Positions 37,092 to 47,160 are shown, counted from the stretch's first letter. The stretch: DNA of 64,000 bases from Kiloniellaceae bacterium (GCA_021776055.1 JAJFGP010000088.1:4642-68641); one strand, 5' to 3'. The notes: a model not told the origin generated them from the letters alone. Translations and numbers: made by a program.

Positions 37092-37933
37092 TCGGCGTCT
37101 TCGATTCGGGCCATGGCGGCCTAACCATTCTGCGCGCCCTGGTCGATCGCTTGCCGGAGCGGCGCTTTCTCTATCTGGGCGATCATTCGCACGCGCCCTA
37201 CGGCAACCGTACACCGGATGAAATCCATGCCCTGACCATCGAGAATGTCAGCCGGCTGTTCGCGCACGGCTGCAAGCTGGTTCTGCTGGCGTGCAATACG
37301 GCAGCGGCGGTGGCTCTACGCCGGCTGCAGCAAGATTGGCAGCCGGCCACCTTTCCCGATCACCGGGTTCTCGGGGTGCTGGTTCCCACGGTTGAGGCGG
37401 TGACCAACGTCCCCTGGCACATCAAGGAACCACCGCCCGGTGCGCCGCGCGATGCCGCGACGGTCGCCATCTTCGCTACCCCTCCGACGGTGAACAGCGG
37501 CACCTATCCACACGAGATCGGCACGCGCGCTCCGGCGATCCGGGTTGTGCAGCAGGCGTGCCCCGATCTGGTGGCGGCCATCGAAATGGCGGCGCCCGAG
37601 GCCGAGGTGCGCAAAATGGTTGCCGGCTATGTGGCACAGATGCGCGCGCAGATCGACGGCGGCGTGCCGGATTCGGCAATCCTCGGCTGTACCCACTATC
37701 CGCTGGTCGCCGGGGCCTTCACCGAGGCGCTCCCACAAGGTGTACGCATCTTGGGCCAACCAGAGATTGTCGCCGACAGCTTCGCCGTCTACCTAGACCG
37801 GCACCCGGAATTTGCGCCGCCGGCGCCGATCACACCGAATGTATTTCTAACCACCGGTGATCCCGCGCTGGCGAGCACCTTGGGCAGCCGCTTTTTCGGT
37901 CAGGAGATCGCCTTCGGCGTCGCGACCGACTAA
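37088..37933 (+). CDS. murI: glutamate racemase
   Basis: IGVFDSGHGGLT, LACNTA, GCTHYP; GTGA overlap with the upstream gene. Confidence 0.9.
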   Translation: MIGVFDSGHGGLTILRALVDRLPERRFLYLGDHSHAPYGNRTPDEIHALTIENVSRLFAHGCKLVLLACNTAAAVALRRLQQDWQPATFPDHRVLGVLVPTVEAVTNVPWHIKEPPPGAPRDAATVAIFATPPTVNSGTYPHEIGTRAPAIRVVQQACPDLVAAIEMAAPEAEVRKMVAGYVAQMRAQIDGGVPDSAILGCTHYPLVAGAFTEALPQGVRILGQPEIVADSFAVYLDRHPEFAPPAPITPNVFLTTGDPALASTLGSRFFGQEIAFGVATD

Positions 37934-39375
37934 CCCCGCCAAAACACCGGGCTAAGCAGAACCAGAACCGTAAAAAGCTCCAGCCGACCCAAGAGCATGC
38001 CGGCGCTGAGCAACCACTTGGCACCGTCGGGTAGGGAGGCGAAGGTGCCGGACGGACCGATGATGTCGCCCAGGCCGGGACCCACATTGGCGATGGCCGA
38101 TGCGGCGCCGGAGACGGCGGTGACAAAATCCAGCCCGAACATGCCAAGGCCTATCGCCAGCACGACGAAGCTGGCGACGAAGAGAAAAAAGAATCCCATC
38201 ACCGATGCCGAGACCGATTCCGGAATGGGCCGCTTGTTGTAGTAGGGAAAGAAAACCCCGTGCGGCTGCACCAGCCGCTTGAATTGCACCATCGCCGTGG
38301 CGTGCAGCACCTGGAAACGAAAGATCTTGATGCCGCAGGTGGTCGAGCCGGCACAGCCGCCGACGAACATCAGGACGAACATGATCGCCATGACGAAGCC
38401 GCCCCAGGCATCGAACGAGGCGGTTGTATAGCCGGTCCCGGTCATGATTGAGATGACGTTGAAGGCGCTGTATCGAAGCGCTGTCCCCGGCGCCATGATG
38501 CCCTGCAGCCAAAGCCAACCGGCGACCAATAGCACCGCGAACACGAGAATCGCGAACATCCAGCGCACTTGACTGTCTCGGAAGATCAAGCCGGGCTTGC
38601 CACGAATCATCCGCAGATAGAGAACAAAAGGCAGGCTTCCGAGGATCATGAAAAGACAGATCGCCCAATCGATGGCGGCGCTGTTGAACCGCGCCAGCGA
38701 CAAATCCGAGGTCGAGAACCCACCGGTGGCAATCGAGGTCATGGCGTGCGCCACCGCGTCGAATCCGGTCATGCCCAAACTCCACAGCACGATGGCGGCG
38801 ATCGCCGTCAAGGACATGTAGACGAGGCTGATACCCCCCGCGATCTGCGCCGCGCGGGGCAACACCTTGTCCGTCTCGAAGGCTTCGACACGAAAGAGCT
38901 GCATGCCGCCCACTTGCAGGATCGGCAGTACGGCAATTGCCATGACGATGATGCCGATACCGCCCAACCATTGCAGAATCGCCCGCCATAACAGGATACC
39001 CGGTGGTGCATAGTCCAGCCCGACAATCACCGTGGCACCGGTCGTGGTCACCCCCGACATAGATTCGAAAAACGCGTCGGTAACGCTGAGCTCAAGCTCG
39101 CTGAAGGCAAAGGGCAGGGCGCCGAAAATGGCTACCACAAGCCACGCCAGGTTCGTCATGATAAAGGCTTCGCGCAGCGTAAAGCTGGTCCATTTGGCCC
39201 GCGAGGTCAGCATCATGGAGACGCCGATGAACAGGGCGGTGCCGGCCGCGACACTGAAAACCTGCCAGTCCGAATGGCCGGCCAAGGCGTCGACGATAGC
39301 CGGGATGATCATCGCCACCGACAAGACGGAGACCAAGATCCCGAGGACAAAAACAACGGGCCTGAATTCGATCAC
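37930..39375 (-). CDS. trkH: TrkH family potassium uptake protein
   Basis: GTG at 39375 (ggaga SD) gives (M)IEFRPVVFVLGILVSVLSVAMIIPAIVDAL. Repeated selectivity-filter-like GGFS/TGTGY/TTCGIK segments. The track ORF start lies inside folE. Confidence 0.85.
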   Translation of the reverse strand: MIEFRPVVFVLGILVSVLSVAMIIPAIVDALAGHSDWQVFSVAAGTALFIGVSMMLTSRAKWTSFTLREAFIMTNLAWLVVAIFGALPFAFSELELSVTDAFFESMSGVTTTGATVIVGLDYAPPGILLWRAILQWLGGIGIIVMAIAVLPILQVGGMQLFRVEAFETDKVLPRAAQIAGGISLVYMSLTAIAAIVLWSLGMTGFDAVAHAMTSIATGGFSTSDLSLARFNSAAIDWAICLFMILGSLPFVLYLRMIRGKPGLIFRDSQVRWMFAILVFAVLLVAGWLWLQGIMAPGTALRYSAFNVISIMTGTGYTTASFDAWGGFVMAIMFVLMFVGGCAGSTTCGIKIFRFQVLHATAMVQFKRLVQPHGVFFPYYNKRPIPESVSASVMGFFFLFVASFVVLAIGLGMFGLDFVTAVSGAASAIANVGPGLGDIIGPSGTFASLPDGAKWLLSAGMLLGRLELFTVLVLLSPVFWRG

Positions 39376-39410
39376 CGAGCGGACATCTCCGAAGTTGGCG
39401 AGGGGTGCAA

Positions 39411-40070
39411 CTAAGCGGTTCGCGCGCCGCTGCCTGAATTGGCAATCAGGGAGAGAAACTCTCTCCGGGTTCGCGGATCGGTACGAAAGCGGCCCAGCAT
39501 GCGGCTGGTGACCATGGTGGCGCCGGCCTTGTGCACGCCGCGCGCGGTCATGCACAGGTGTGTCGCTTCGATGACGACGGCGACGCCCTGCGGCTCCAGC
39601 ACCTTATCGATGGTATTGGCAACCTGCGCGGTCATCTTCTCCTGAATCTGCAAGCGCCGGGCATAGGCGTCGACCACCCGCGCCAATTTGCTGATCCCGA
39701 CAACCCGGCGCTCCGGCAGATAGGCGACATGGGCGCGGCCGAGAATGGGCATCATGTGGTGCTCGCAGTGCGACTCGAAGCGGATGTCGCGCAGCAGCAC
39801 GATCTCGTCATAGCCCTCCACTTCTTCGAAGGTCCGCTGCAACAGGGCAACGGGATCGATGGCATAACCCTCGAAATACTGTTGGTAAGCGCGGACGACG
39901 CGCGATGGGGTCTCGGCCAGGCCCTCGCGTTGTGGGTCGTCGCCGGCCCAGCGAATCAAGGTTTCGACAGCGGCCATCGCCTGGGCCTCGCTTGGCCGCG
40001 ACTCGGTCGATGCGGCGCCGGATCGCGTCGTTTTACGGCCGCGCGTTGCGCTATTTTTCTTCGCTGTCAC
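39411..40070 (-). CDS. folE: GTP cyclohydrolase I
   Basis: [22 protein letters not shown]...[10 protein letters not shown]. Confidence 0.95.
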   Translation of the reverse strand: MTAKKNSATRGRKTTRSGAASTESRPSEAQAMAAVETLIRWAGDDPQREGLAETPSRVVRAYQQYFEGYAIDPVALLQRTFEEVEGYDEIVLLRDIRFESHCEHHMMPILGRAHVAYLPERRVVGISKLARVVDAYARRLQIQEKMTAQVANTIDKVLEPQGVAVVIEATHLCMTARGVHKAGATMVTSRMLGRFRTDPRTRREFLSLIANSGSGARTA

Positions 40071-40097
40071 CGGATAAATCCTGTTCCTGAGCGCCGG

Positions 40098-40490
40098 TCA
40101 GTTTAAGCGCACCGGTTGGTGTGGGCTATCCAGCGAAAAGGCCGGCACCGCCACATCGAAATGTCGGCCGTCCAAACCTTTCATCTCATAAGCGCCAACC
40201 ATGATCCCCGACGGCGTCGGCAGCGGCGTCCCGCTGGTGTATTCGAAGGCCTCGCCTGGGCGCAAGGTCGGCTGTTCGCCGACCACGCCGGGGGCGCGGA
40301 CCTCCTGAACCCGGCCTAGCGAATCCGTGATTTGCCAGTACCGGTTGATGAGTTGCACCGTTTCTTCACCCTGATTCTCGATTCGCACCTGGTACGCCCA
40401 GACGAAATGGTCCTCGTCGGGGGCCGATTGATCCTCAAGATAGATCGGCTTCACCGATACGCGAATCGATTGTGTGGTCTCATTGTACAT
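40098..40490 (-). CDS. apaG: ApaG protein
   Basis: aggag SD; IRVSVKPIYLEDQSAPDEDHFVWAYQVRIENQG...RYWQITD...GVVGEQP. Confidence 0.9.
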   Translation of the reverse strand: MYNETTQSIRVSVKPIYLEDQSAPDEDHFVWAYQVRIENQGEETVQLINRYWQITDSLGRVQEVRAPGVVGEQPTLRPGEAFEYTSGTPLPTPSGIMVGAYEMKGLDGRHFDVAVPAFSLDSPHQPVRLN

Positions 40491-40602
40491 CCTGGGTCCG
40501 CTCCTCGTTCCCACGGTGCATCCTCGTCCCGCTAGGCTGCGGCATATTACGCTGCGCGGCGGCCTTGTCCAAGCTGTCTGGTGGTCATGGGCCGCCTGGT
40601 GG

Positions 40603-41280
40603 TCACGGGTTATGGCCGCCGTTGGCCTCTCCGGTCAAGCCGACCTGGATAACCGGGCCGCCGCAGGCCGGGGCGTCCGCCGGGTCATGGGTGACCAGAA
40701 CCGTCGGCAGGGAGTTGGACCGCACGTGATCGAAGACGAAGTGCCGAAACCGGGTCCGTAAGCCCACGTCAAGCTTGGCAAAGGGTTCATCCAGCAACAG
40801 CGCCCGCGGCTCCGCCAGCAGGGTCCGCAGCAACGCCACCCGGGCCCGTTGCCCGCCGGAGAGTGTCGCCGGATCGCGGTCGCCGAAGTCGTCGAGGCCG
40901 GCGTCGGCCAGCGCGGCGGCGATACGCTCCTGGCGTAGCCCCCGGTTGCGCAGCGTTGGCGGTAGGCCGAAGGCTAAATTTTCGGCGACGCTCAAGTGCG
41001 GAAACAGCAGATCGTCCTGAAATAGAATGCCGATACGCCGCCGCTCCGGCGGCAGCGCCGTCACATCCTCGCCGTCCAGCAGCACCTGCCCACCGGCTTG
41101 CAGGCCCGGATCGAGGGTGCCGCAGATATAGGCCAGCAGGCTCGATTTGCCGCAGCCGCTGGGTCCCATCACGGTGGCGACGTGGCCGGGGGCCACCGTC
41201 AGGTCGAACGGAGCAATCAGAACCCGTCCGCCGGCTTGCAGTCCAACACGGCGTAGCTCCAGCTGCCCGTCCGCGATCAT
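40603..41280 (-). CDS. ABC transporter ATP-binding protein (short, YnjD-like)
   Basis: Walker A GPSGCGKSS, signature LSGGQRARV, Walker B LLLDEPF; ATGA overlap with the permease. Confidence 0.85.
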   Translation of the reverse strand: MIADGQLELRRVGLQAGGRVLIAPFDLTVAPGHVATVMGPSGCGKSSLLAYICGTLDPGLQAGGQVLLDGEDVTALPPERRRIGILFQDDLLFPHLSVAENLAFGLPPTLRNRGLRQERIAAALADAGLDDFGDRDPATLSGGQRARVALLRTLLAEPRALLLDEPFAKLDVGLRTRFRHFVFDHVRSNSLPTVLVTHDPADAPACGGPVIQVGLTGEANGGHNP

Positions 41281-43019
41281 AAGGCCGCCCCGGCTGGCGG
41301 CGCGCTGGCACGGTGCCGGCGGCTGGGCCATGCTAAAACCGCGGCAAAGGCCAGGAGCGGCAGCAGCGCCTGCAAGAACGCATAGACACCCAGCACCCGG
41401 CGGTCGGCACCGCCGGCAAGCGCCACCGCTTCGGTCGTCAGGGTCGCAAAGCGGCCGGCCCCGGCAAAGAGCGTCGGCAGGTACTGCGCGACGCTAACGG
41501 CAAAGCCCACCGCCGCGGCGAACAGCACCGGACGTATCAGCATCGGCAGTTTGACCCGCCAGAACACCCGGTTCGGCGACGCACCGAGGCACAGCGCGGC
41601 GCGCGCATAGCGTGGGTCCAGACGGCGGTACGAATCGGCCAGCGATAGGAAGACATAGGGCAGAACGAACAACAGATGACTCCAGATCAGCGCGATCCAC
41701 GTACCGTCGAAATCGAGACGCACCAGCAAGACCTGCACCCCGAAGAGAAATCCGACCTGCGGCACCAGCAGCGGCGCATAAAGGAGCCATAACCCCCGGC
41801 CCGAGGTGGTCAAACCGCGGCGTTGCTCGTTCTCCAAACAACCAAGCGTGAGCGCCAAGGCAACGGCCGCCGCGGCAATGCCGGTAAGCAATGTGGTGCC
41901 GCCGGCCCACCACAGGCCATAGGCCTGGCGCACCCAGTTGTCTAGCGTCCAGGACACCGGCAGGGCTTCGGGGTAGGGCCAGCGCCGGGCCACGGACCAC
42001 AACGCTAAGCCCAACAGACTCGCCGCCGCGATGCCGTACAGGCCCGTCATGGCCGACCCGGCAATCCTGCACGATAGCCAGCCGGCGCCACCACGGCCGC
42101 CGGCGGTCAGCCAACGCCGGCCTTGCCAATCGGCGCCCCACTCCGCCAACCGCCAGACGCAGATCGCCGCCATCACCAGGGCAAGCTGCAAAACTGCCCC
42201 GGCGGCGCCGACAAAGCGCATGGCCAGGTCCGGATCGTTGAACCAGCGGAAGACCAGAATGGCCAGCGGCGGCGGTGTTTGCGGCGCCAGGAAGATCGCC
42301 ATGTCCACCACCGACAGGGAATAGGCGAGCACCGCATAGATCGGCAGGCGTATTTGCGGATAGATTGCCGGCAACACCGTCTTCAGCCAGGCCGTGACCG
42401 GGCCGTATCCCAGCGACCGCGCCACCGCCAGGCGATCGCCCGCTCGGGCTTGATCGAGGGCGGCAATCGTCATCAACAAAAGAAAAGGCGTCTCCTTGAC
42501 CACCAAGGCCAAGGTCAGTGCCAGGCCATAGGGGTCCTGTACCAGCGCTACGTCCGGCGGTATCTGCCAGCCGGTGGCCCAAGGCGACACCAGCCGCAAA
42601 ATCCAGCCACTGGGCGCGATCAGGAAAGATAGGCCGACGGCAATCGCCAGATGTGGCACCGCCAGCAGGGGCGCGAGAAGCCGGCGCAGCCGTGCGAACA
42701 CCGACGTGTTGTGGCAGGCGGCGACGAAACCAATCGTCAGCCCCATCGACACCGCCGTGGCCAATACACCCGAACAAAGCGAGAGCCAGACGGATGTTCC
42801 CAGACCCGGATAGTCGAACAGCGCCCGCCATGGCGCCAAGCCGATCTCCGTGCCGCCAAGTGCTGGAAAATAACCGAACGCGGGCAGCCAAGTGCCGATC
42901 AACCCGGCGCCCACCGGCGCCAGAAACAAACCGAGGGTTAGCGCCGGAACCCAGCGCAGCCAGGCCCCCGTGGGCCTTGGCGCCGCCTGGGGTCTTAGCT
43001 GCCGAAGCGCCGTTGCCAT
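41277..43019 (-). CDS. ABC transporter permease, fused two-domain (YnjC/ThiP-like)
   Basis: ~580 aa and ~12 TM helices. Start uncertain: ATG at 43019 or 43043, both overlapping the SBP gene end. Confidence 0.8.
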   Translation of the reverse strand: MATALRQLRPQAAPRPTGAWLRWVPALTLGLFLAPVGAGLIGTWLPAFGYFPALGGTEIGLAPWRALFDYPGLGTSVWLSLCSGVLATAVSMGLTIGFVAACHNTSVFARLRRLLAPLLAVPHLAIAVGLSFLIAPSGWILRLVSPWATGWQIPPDVALVQDPYGLALTLALVVKETPFLLLMTIAALDQARAGDRLAVARSLGYGPVTAWLKTVLPAIYPQIRLPIYAVLAYSLSVVDMAIFLAPQTPPPLAILVFRWFNDPDLAMRFVGAAGAVLQLALVMAAICVWRLAEWGADWQGRRWLTAGGRGGAGWLSCRIAGSAMTGLYGIAAASLLGLALWSVARRWPYPEALPVSWTLDNWVRQAYGLWWAGGTTLLTGIAAAAVALALTLGCLENEQRRGLTTSGRGLWLLYAPLLVPQVGFLFGVQVLLVRLDFDGTWIALIWSHLLFVLPYVFLSLADSYRRLDPRYARAALCLGASPNRVFWRVKLPMLIRPVLFAAAVGFAVSVAQYLPTLFAGAGRFATLTTEAVALAGGADRRVLGVYAFLQALLPLLAFAAVLAWPSRRHRASAPPAGAAL

Positions 43020-44206
43020 TCCGCCTCGATACGGGTCATCCACGACGGATGCGGCTCAAGCAGCGTGGGGCCAAGTGCCGCCGGCGATAGCAGTGCCGGC
43101 GCGTCTTTCGGCGTGTCGAACAGATGCCGTTGGTCCGCCGTCAGCTTGCCCATGTCCAGCACCGTCTGGTCGCCCCAGGCTTCCAGGGTTTGCTTGCGTG
43201 CCTGGGCTTCCGGGCTCATGAGGAAATTGGCCAGGACCATGGCGCCCTCCTTGGCCCGGGCGTTGAAGGGAATGGCGACGAAATGGGTATTGCCGATGGT
43301 CCCGCCCTTGAGCACGAAGACCCGGGCGCTTTCCGGCAGGCGGTCGTTGAGGATCATGGACGCTGCATCCGAGGGGTAGAACGAAATGGCGATATCCACC
43401 TCGCCATCGTCGAGCAGTTGAATCTGCGCCGTGCCGGTGGCCGGGTGCGCCTTGCCGCCGCGCCACAGGTGCGGGTGCAGGGTTTCCAGGTACCGCCACA
43501 ACGGGTCGGTGGCTGCGGCGAAGGCGGCTGCATCCTCGGGCGCCGGTTTTTGTAACGCCGATGGGTCGGGGGTCAGCTCGATTAGCACTTGCTTGAGAAA
43601 GGTTGAGCCGATGAAATCCGGCGGCGCCGGGTAGGTGAAGCGGCCCGGGTTCGCCCGTGCCCAGTCGAGGAATTCGGGGATGCTCGCCGGTGTCTGGGTC
43701 ACCCGCGCGCTATCGTAGACGAAGTTGATCTTGGCCATGCCCCAGGGCGCTTCCAGTCCCTCCACCGGAACCGTGAAGTCCACCCGCGTGCTCGGCTTGC
43801 CGGCGACATCGACCAGCTTGAAGTTGGGCAAATGCTCGGCGAATGGGCCGAACAACAGGCCGTTCTCCTTCATGGCGGCGAAGTTCTCGCCGTTGATCCA
43901 GATAAGATCGACCGAGCCCCCGTCGGCCCGCCCGGCGGCCTTCTCGGCCAGGACGCGGCCAACCGCATCGGCGGTATCGGCCAGCTTCACGTGGCGCACG
44001 GTCACACCGTAGTCTTCCCAGACGCGCATGCCGGCCCAGGCGATATAAGCGTTGATCCGCTCATCGCCGCCCCAAGCGTTCCAAAAGACCTCCTGATCGC
44101 GCGCCTCGGCCACGGTATCGTCCCAACTCGCGGCAGCAGCAACGGTGGGCAGGGTGGCAACCAGGGCGGCAGCTAGTACGGCCTTGGCATAAGTGAAGAA
44201 TCGCAT
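42995..44206 (-). CDS. ABC transporter periplasmic substrate-binding protein (YnjB-like)
   Basis: ATG at 44206 gives the signal peptide MRFFTYAKAVLAAALVATLPTVAAAASW; first gene of the SBP-permease-ATPase operon. Confidence 0.75.
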   Translation of the reverse strand: MRFFTYAKAVLAAALVATLPTVAAAASWDDTVAEARDQEVFWNAWGGDERINAYIAWAGMRVWEDYGVTVRHVKLADTADAVGRVLAEKAAGRADGGSVDLIWINGENFAAMKENGLLFGPFAEHLPNFKLVDVAGKPSTRVDFTVPVEGLEAPWGMAKINFVYDSARVTQTPASIPEFLDWARANPGRFTYPAPPDFIGSTFLKQVLIELTPDPSALQKPAPEDAAAFAAATDPLWRYLETLHPHLWRGGKAHPATGTAQIQLLDDGEVDIAISFYPSDAASMILNDRLPESARVFVLKGGTIGNTHFVAIPFNARAKEGAMVLANFLMSPEAQARKQTLEAWGDQTVLDMGKLTADQRHLFDTPKDAPALLSPAALGPTLLEPHPSWMTRIEAEWQRRFGS

Positions 44207-44368
44207 GAGCGGTGGGGCCTCCTCAGGGTGAACGGCGCCGCAGACTAACCCGCGCGCCGGGCCTCTGTCAGCCGCAACCACGTCCCCTCGCGCAAGCGTT
44301 ATTGGCCGTTAGCATCCGAGCCGCGCCTTGAACGCACTTGGCCGCTATCCTATAAACCGAGACGGAAC

Positions 44369-44442
44369 GCGGGTGTAGCTCAATGGTAGAGCTTTTGCTT
44401 CCCAAGCAAATGACGAGGGTTCGATTCCCTTCACCCGCTCCA
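44369..44442 (+). tRNA. tRNA-Gly (anticodon CCC)
   Basis: Hand-folded cloverleaf, 74 nt: gcgggtg/cacccgc acceptor, anticodon loop uuCCCaa, T-loop ttcgatt, encoded CCA. Confidence 0.93.
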
Positions 44443-44462
44443 AAATCCTCGGGCCAAATGGC

Positions 44463-44747
44463 ATGAGCGGGACCGCAAAGCCAAGGATCCAAGTGGACAA
44501 CGCCCGCACCAGGATCACCGAGTGACGCTTCGCTCCAGGTGCTGCGACCGGCTTTCACTGCCACGAATACGACTACGTCGTCGTGCCCCAGACCAGCGGC
44601 CGCCTCAAGATCGTCGACGCGGATGGCACCGAGACCTTCGCCGAGCTAACCGCCGGATCTTCTTATTTCCGCAACGTCGGCGTCGCCCATGACGTTATCA
44701 ATGCCAGCGACCACGAAATCGTCTTCATCGAGGTCGAATACATATAA
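44463..44747 (+). pseudogene. small cupin-domain protein interrupted by an in-frame TGA at codon 21
   Basis: MSGTAKPRIQVDNARTRITE-TGA-RFAPGAATGFHCHEYDYVVVPQTSGRLKIVDADGTETFAELTAGSSYFRNVGVAHDVINASDHEIVFIEVEYI. As I recall, homologues read ...TEWRF..., so this is TGG>TGA. Confidence 0.6.
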
Positions 44748-44756
44748 AACCCCAGC

Positions 44757-45473
44757 CTATGGCATTCTCTGCTGGATAGCCGATTTCGGCCAGCGCCGCC
44801 AGCCGGCCAGTTCGGCTTCATCGTCGCTGCAGAACAAGCGCTCGCCGCGGGCTTGGTCGACTTCGATGTCTGCGTGCTCGGGATCTGAGCGGACTAAATA
44901 CACCCGCTCACCCTTGTTACTCACAATTCCCTTGATATCGCAGGCTTGACTGGGCTCGTCGTTCTGAGTTTTCAGGCGGTGCCCCGCCTTCCATTCCCAA
45001 GGCAGGACGAAATCACCCCGCCAGATTCCAAGCCTACTTTGTTTCGAGTCGCTTTCAGCCCGGCGATAGATTGCGAGCGCGGATGGTTGCGCGACCGCGT
45101 AACCACGTCGCAACATTGCCTCGGCCAAATCGACCAAGCCGACGGAGCAGATCTGACCATCGTCTTTCGGATCGACCGGCGTGGGCTGGCAGTCAACTGG
45201 CCCGCTTCCGACAAGTTTCGTCAGCGCCAAAGCGGCTTCGTAACCGCACCGATATCGTTTGGCACCATTGAAGCAAAATTGCCCTAGTTCTGGAGCATCA
45301 ATGCCATATAGCCGCACGGTTTTGTCATTTACCTCAAGGGTGTCGCCGTCGACGACGGCAGCCGCGGACGTATGCGCCTCGGCGGCGGCGTGCTCCGCGA
45401 TGACGGAGATAACCAAAACTAGGAAGATGACAAAGAACCAGGGCAAAGACCGCCTCTCGAACCGGGTTTTCAT
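44757..45473 (-). CDS. thermonuclease (SNase-like) family protein, ExoI-like, secreted
   Basis: Signal/TM MKTRFERRSLPWFFVIFLVLVISVIA; VVDGDTLEVNDKTVRLYGIDAPE; C-terminal CDIKGIVSNKGERVYLV...GERLFCSDDEAELAGWRR. GC visibly lower than in the neighbours. Confidence 0.8.
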   Translation of the reverse strand: MKTRFERRSLPWFFVIFLVLVISVIAEHAAAEAHTSAAAVVDGDTLEVNDKTVRLYGIDAPELGQFCFNGAKRYRCGYEAALALTKLVGSGPVDCQPTPVDPKDDGQICSVGLVDLAEAMLRRGYAVAQPSALAIYRRAESDSKQSRLGIWRGDFVLPWEWKAGHRLKTQNDEPSQACDIKGIVSNKGERVYLVRSDPEHADIEVDQARGERLFCSDDEAELAGWRRWPKSAIQQRMP

Positions 45474-45562
45474 GATTGAGTAAGTGCTCCCTAAATGTGG
45501 CAAATTTGGGATTGCCGATGGCGGCTTTGTGCTGCGCGCGGAGACTCATACATGCCGGGTGC

Positions 45563-46633
45563 CTAGCGTGTCGCAACCGGCTGCAACACACGCAACGCAT
45601 AAAGGCTCAGCCCCAGCAGAACAAACGCGCCCGCTTGATGCAGCGCGCCAAGCCAGACCGGCACGACCAGCAACAAGGCAGCAACACCAAGCGCGAACTG
45701 TCCGGCCGTCATGGCGAGAACCCATGCGCAAGCCGTGCGCGCCTGCGGTGCTAAATCCAACCGGCGGGCGTGGAGCCAAATCCCGATGACGGCGCCGGCG
45801 GTGAGGATGGCAAGCGCCCGGTGATTGAATTGCACCGCGGCGACGTTCTCGAACAGGTTCGCGATCCAGGGCTGCAGGTCAGCGTAATCTGCTGGCACCA
45901 GGCGGCCGTCCATCAGCGGGAAGGTGTTGTAGATGAAACCGGCGTCCAGCCCGGCGACAAAACCGCCGGCGGCCATGGTCAAGGCCACCAGCCCGGCAAA
46001 CCCGGCCAACAGGCGGCGCAGACCCGGCGCGCGCGTATCCCGGCTTGGCGCCGGGTTTGGCACCAACAGGCCGATGGCCACCCAGAGAATGTAGGCATAA
46101 ATAGCGGTCGCCGCGGCCAGGTGCGCGACCAGGCGATATTGGCTCACGTCCGTGCGGGCGGCGAAACCGCTGGCCACCATGTACCAGCCCAGCGCCCCCT
46201 GCAGGCCGCCAAGAATGAACATGGCCACCAGGTGGGGAACGAGGTCCCGGCGCAGCCGACCGCGCAGCAGGAACCAGATAAACGGCAACGCGAAAACCAC
46301 ACCGATCAGCCGCCCCCACAAACGATGGATATATTCCCACCAGAAGATCGTCTTGAATTCGGCCAGGCTCATGCCGCGGTTGATCTCTTGGTATTCGGGG
46401 ATCTGCTGATAAAGCGCGAAGACCCGTTGCCACTCGCCCTCGCTCAACGGCGGCAAGGCCCCGGCGAGCGGCGCCCACTCCATGATCGACAGGCCCGATT
46501 CGGTCAGCCGGGTAATGGCGCCGATAACCGCCATGGCCAGGATCATGGCCGCGCAAATCAGCAGCCACAGGCCAACCGCGCGGTCGGCCCGGACCTGCAA
46601 TGCGGGCGTGGCGGTGGCCGTATTTGTTGTCAT
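45563..46633 (-). CDS. ctaA: heme A synthase (COX15/CtaA)
   Basis: GAITRLTESGLSIMEWAP...EFKTIFWWEYIHRLWGRLIG; conserved His pairs in the TM helices. Confidence 0.9.
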   Translation of the reverse strand: MTTNTATATPALQVRADRAVGLWLLICAAMILAMAVIGAITRLTESGLSIMEWAPLAGALPPLSEGEWQRVFALYQQIPEYQEINRGMSLAEFKTIFWWEYIHRLWGRLIGVVFALPFIWFLLRGRLRRDLVPHLVAMFILGGLQGALGWYMVASGFAARTDVSQYRLVAHLAAATAIYAYILWVAIGLLVPNPAPSRDTRAPGLRRLLAGFAGLVALTMAAGGFVAGLDAGFIYNTFPLMDGRLVPADYADLQPWIANLFENVAAVQFNHRALAILTAGAVIGIWLHARRLDLAPQARTACAWVLAMTAGQFALGVAALLLVVPVWLGALHQAGAFVLLGLSLYALRVLQPVATR

Positions 46634-46701
46634 TGGGGGCGGGTCTCCGGCGCTTATGTCGCGGTCCGGAAATCCTAGCAGACTTGCGCGCTAACTAAAG
46701 C

Positions 46702-46965
46702 CTACTGCAGGCACAAAAGCGCGTCGGCAAAGCGGGCTTTGGGGGCCTTGATAAGTTCCAGATTGGCGACCTTCACGGAATGCAGCTTGCCGTCCAGGTT
46801 ATGGCTCCAGAAGTCGAGGAACTTGCGCAGGGCCGGGAAATTCGGGGCCAGGTCGTATTCCTGCCAGACATAGCTCTGCAACAGGGTCGGGTGATCCGGC
46901 AAGTGATACAGGATTTCGGCGGTGGTCAGCCGGTAGTCGCGGACCTGCATTTCAAAGGCGCCCAT
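46702..46965 (-). CDS. Usg-family protein
   Basis: ATG at 46965; TTAEILYHLPDHPTLLQSYVWQEYDLAPNFPALRKFLDFWSHNLDGKLHSVKVA matches my recollection of alphaproteobacterial Usg proteins. Confidence 0.75.
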   Translation of the reverse strand: MGAFEMQVRDYRLTTAEILYHLPDHPTLLQSYVWQEYDLAPNFPALRKFLDFWSHNLDGKLHSVKVANLELIKAPKARFADALLCLQ

Positions 46966-47130
46966 GGCTCGCCTCGCTTCTTCTAGTTTCTCTCGGGTCA
47001 GCCGGCTACATGGTGCCGTGACCACCCCTAGGTTGCAACAGTATTGGTAAAGAAAACAACAACATAGCACTCATCACCCGAGACTGCTGCCAGGTCGCCG
47101 TTTCGCGCCCCTCACGGGGTGGGCGGCCCC

Positions 47131-47159
47131 TTGACACTCCTGGGTCAACGGCTTACATC
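47131..47159 (+). promoter_or_regulatory. putative sigma70-type promoter of groESL
   Basis: ttgaca-N17-tacatc, immediately upstream of CIRCE. Confidence 0.4.
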
Positions 47160-47160
47160 C

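Noticed and set aside
40071-40097. THF-II (folE motif) riboswitch upstream of folE
   Set aside because: Only 27 nt separate the apaG stop from the folE start, which is too short for the hairpin. folE is probably co-transcribed with apaG.
41494-42891. 465-aa minus-strand ORF in an alternative frame of the ABC permease gene
   Set aside because: It is on the same strand but out of frame with the 588-aa permease ORF. The permease frame gives coherent TM helices, while this frame is Arg/Gly/Ala-rich noise. The same reasoning applies to 37952..38989 versus trkH, 3358..4209 versus the membrane protein/dapE, and 50619..51995 versus the AEC transporter.
44523-44525. In-frame TGA in the cupin gene as a Trp- or Sec-recoding event
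   Set aside because: TGA terminates many well-defined genes in this window. I saw no SECIS-like hairpin immediately downstream, and the expected residue is Trp, not Cys/Sec. A nonsense mutation or base-call error is the simpler explanation.
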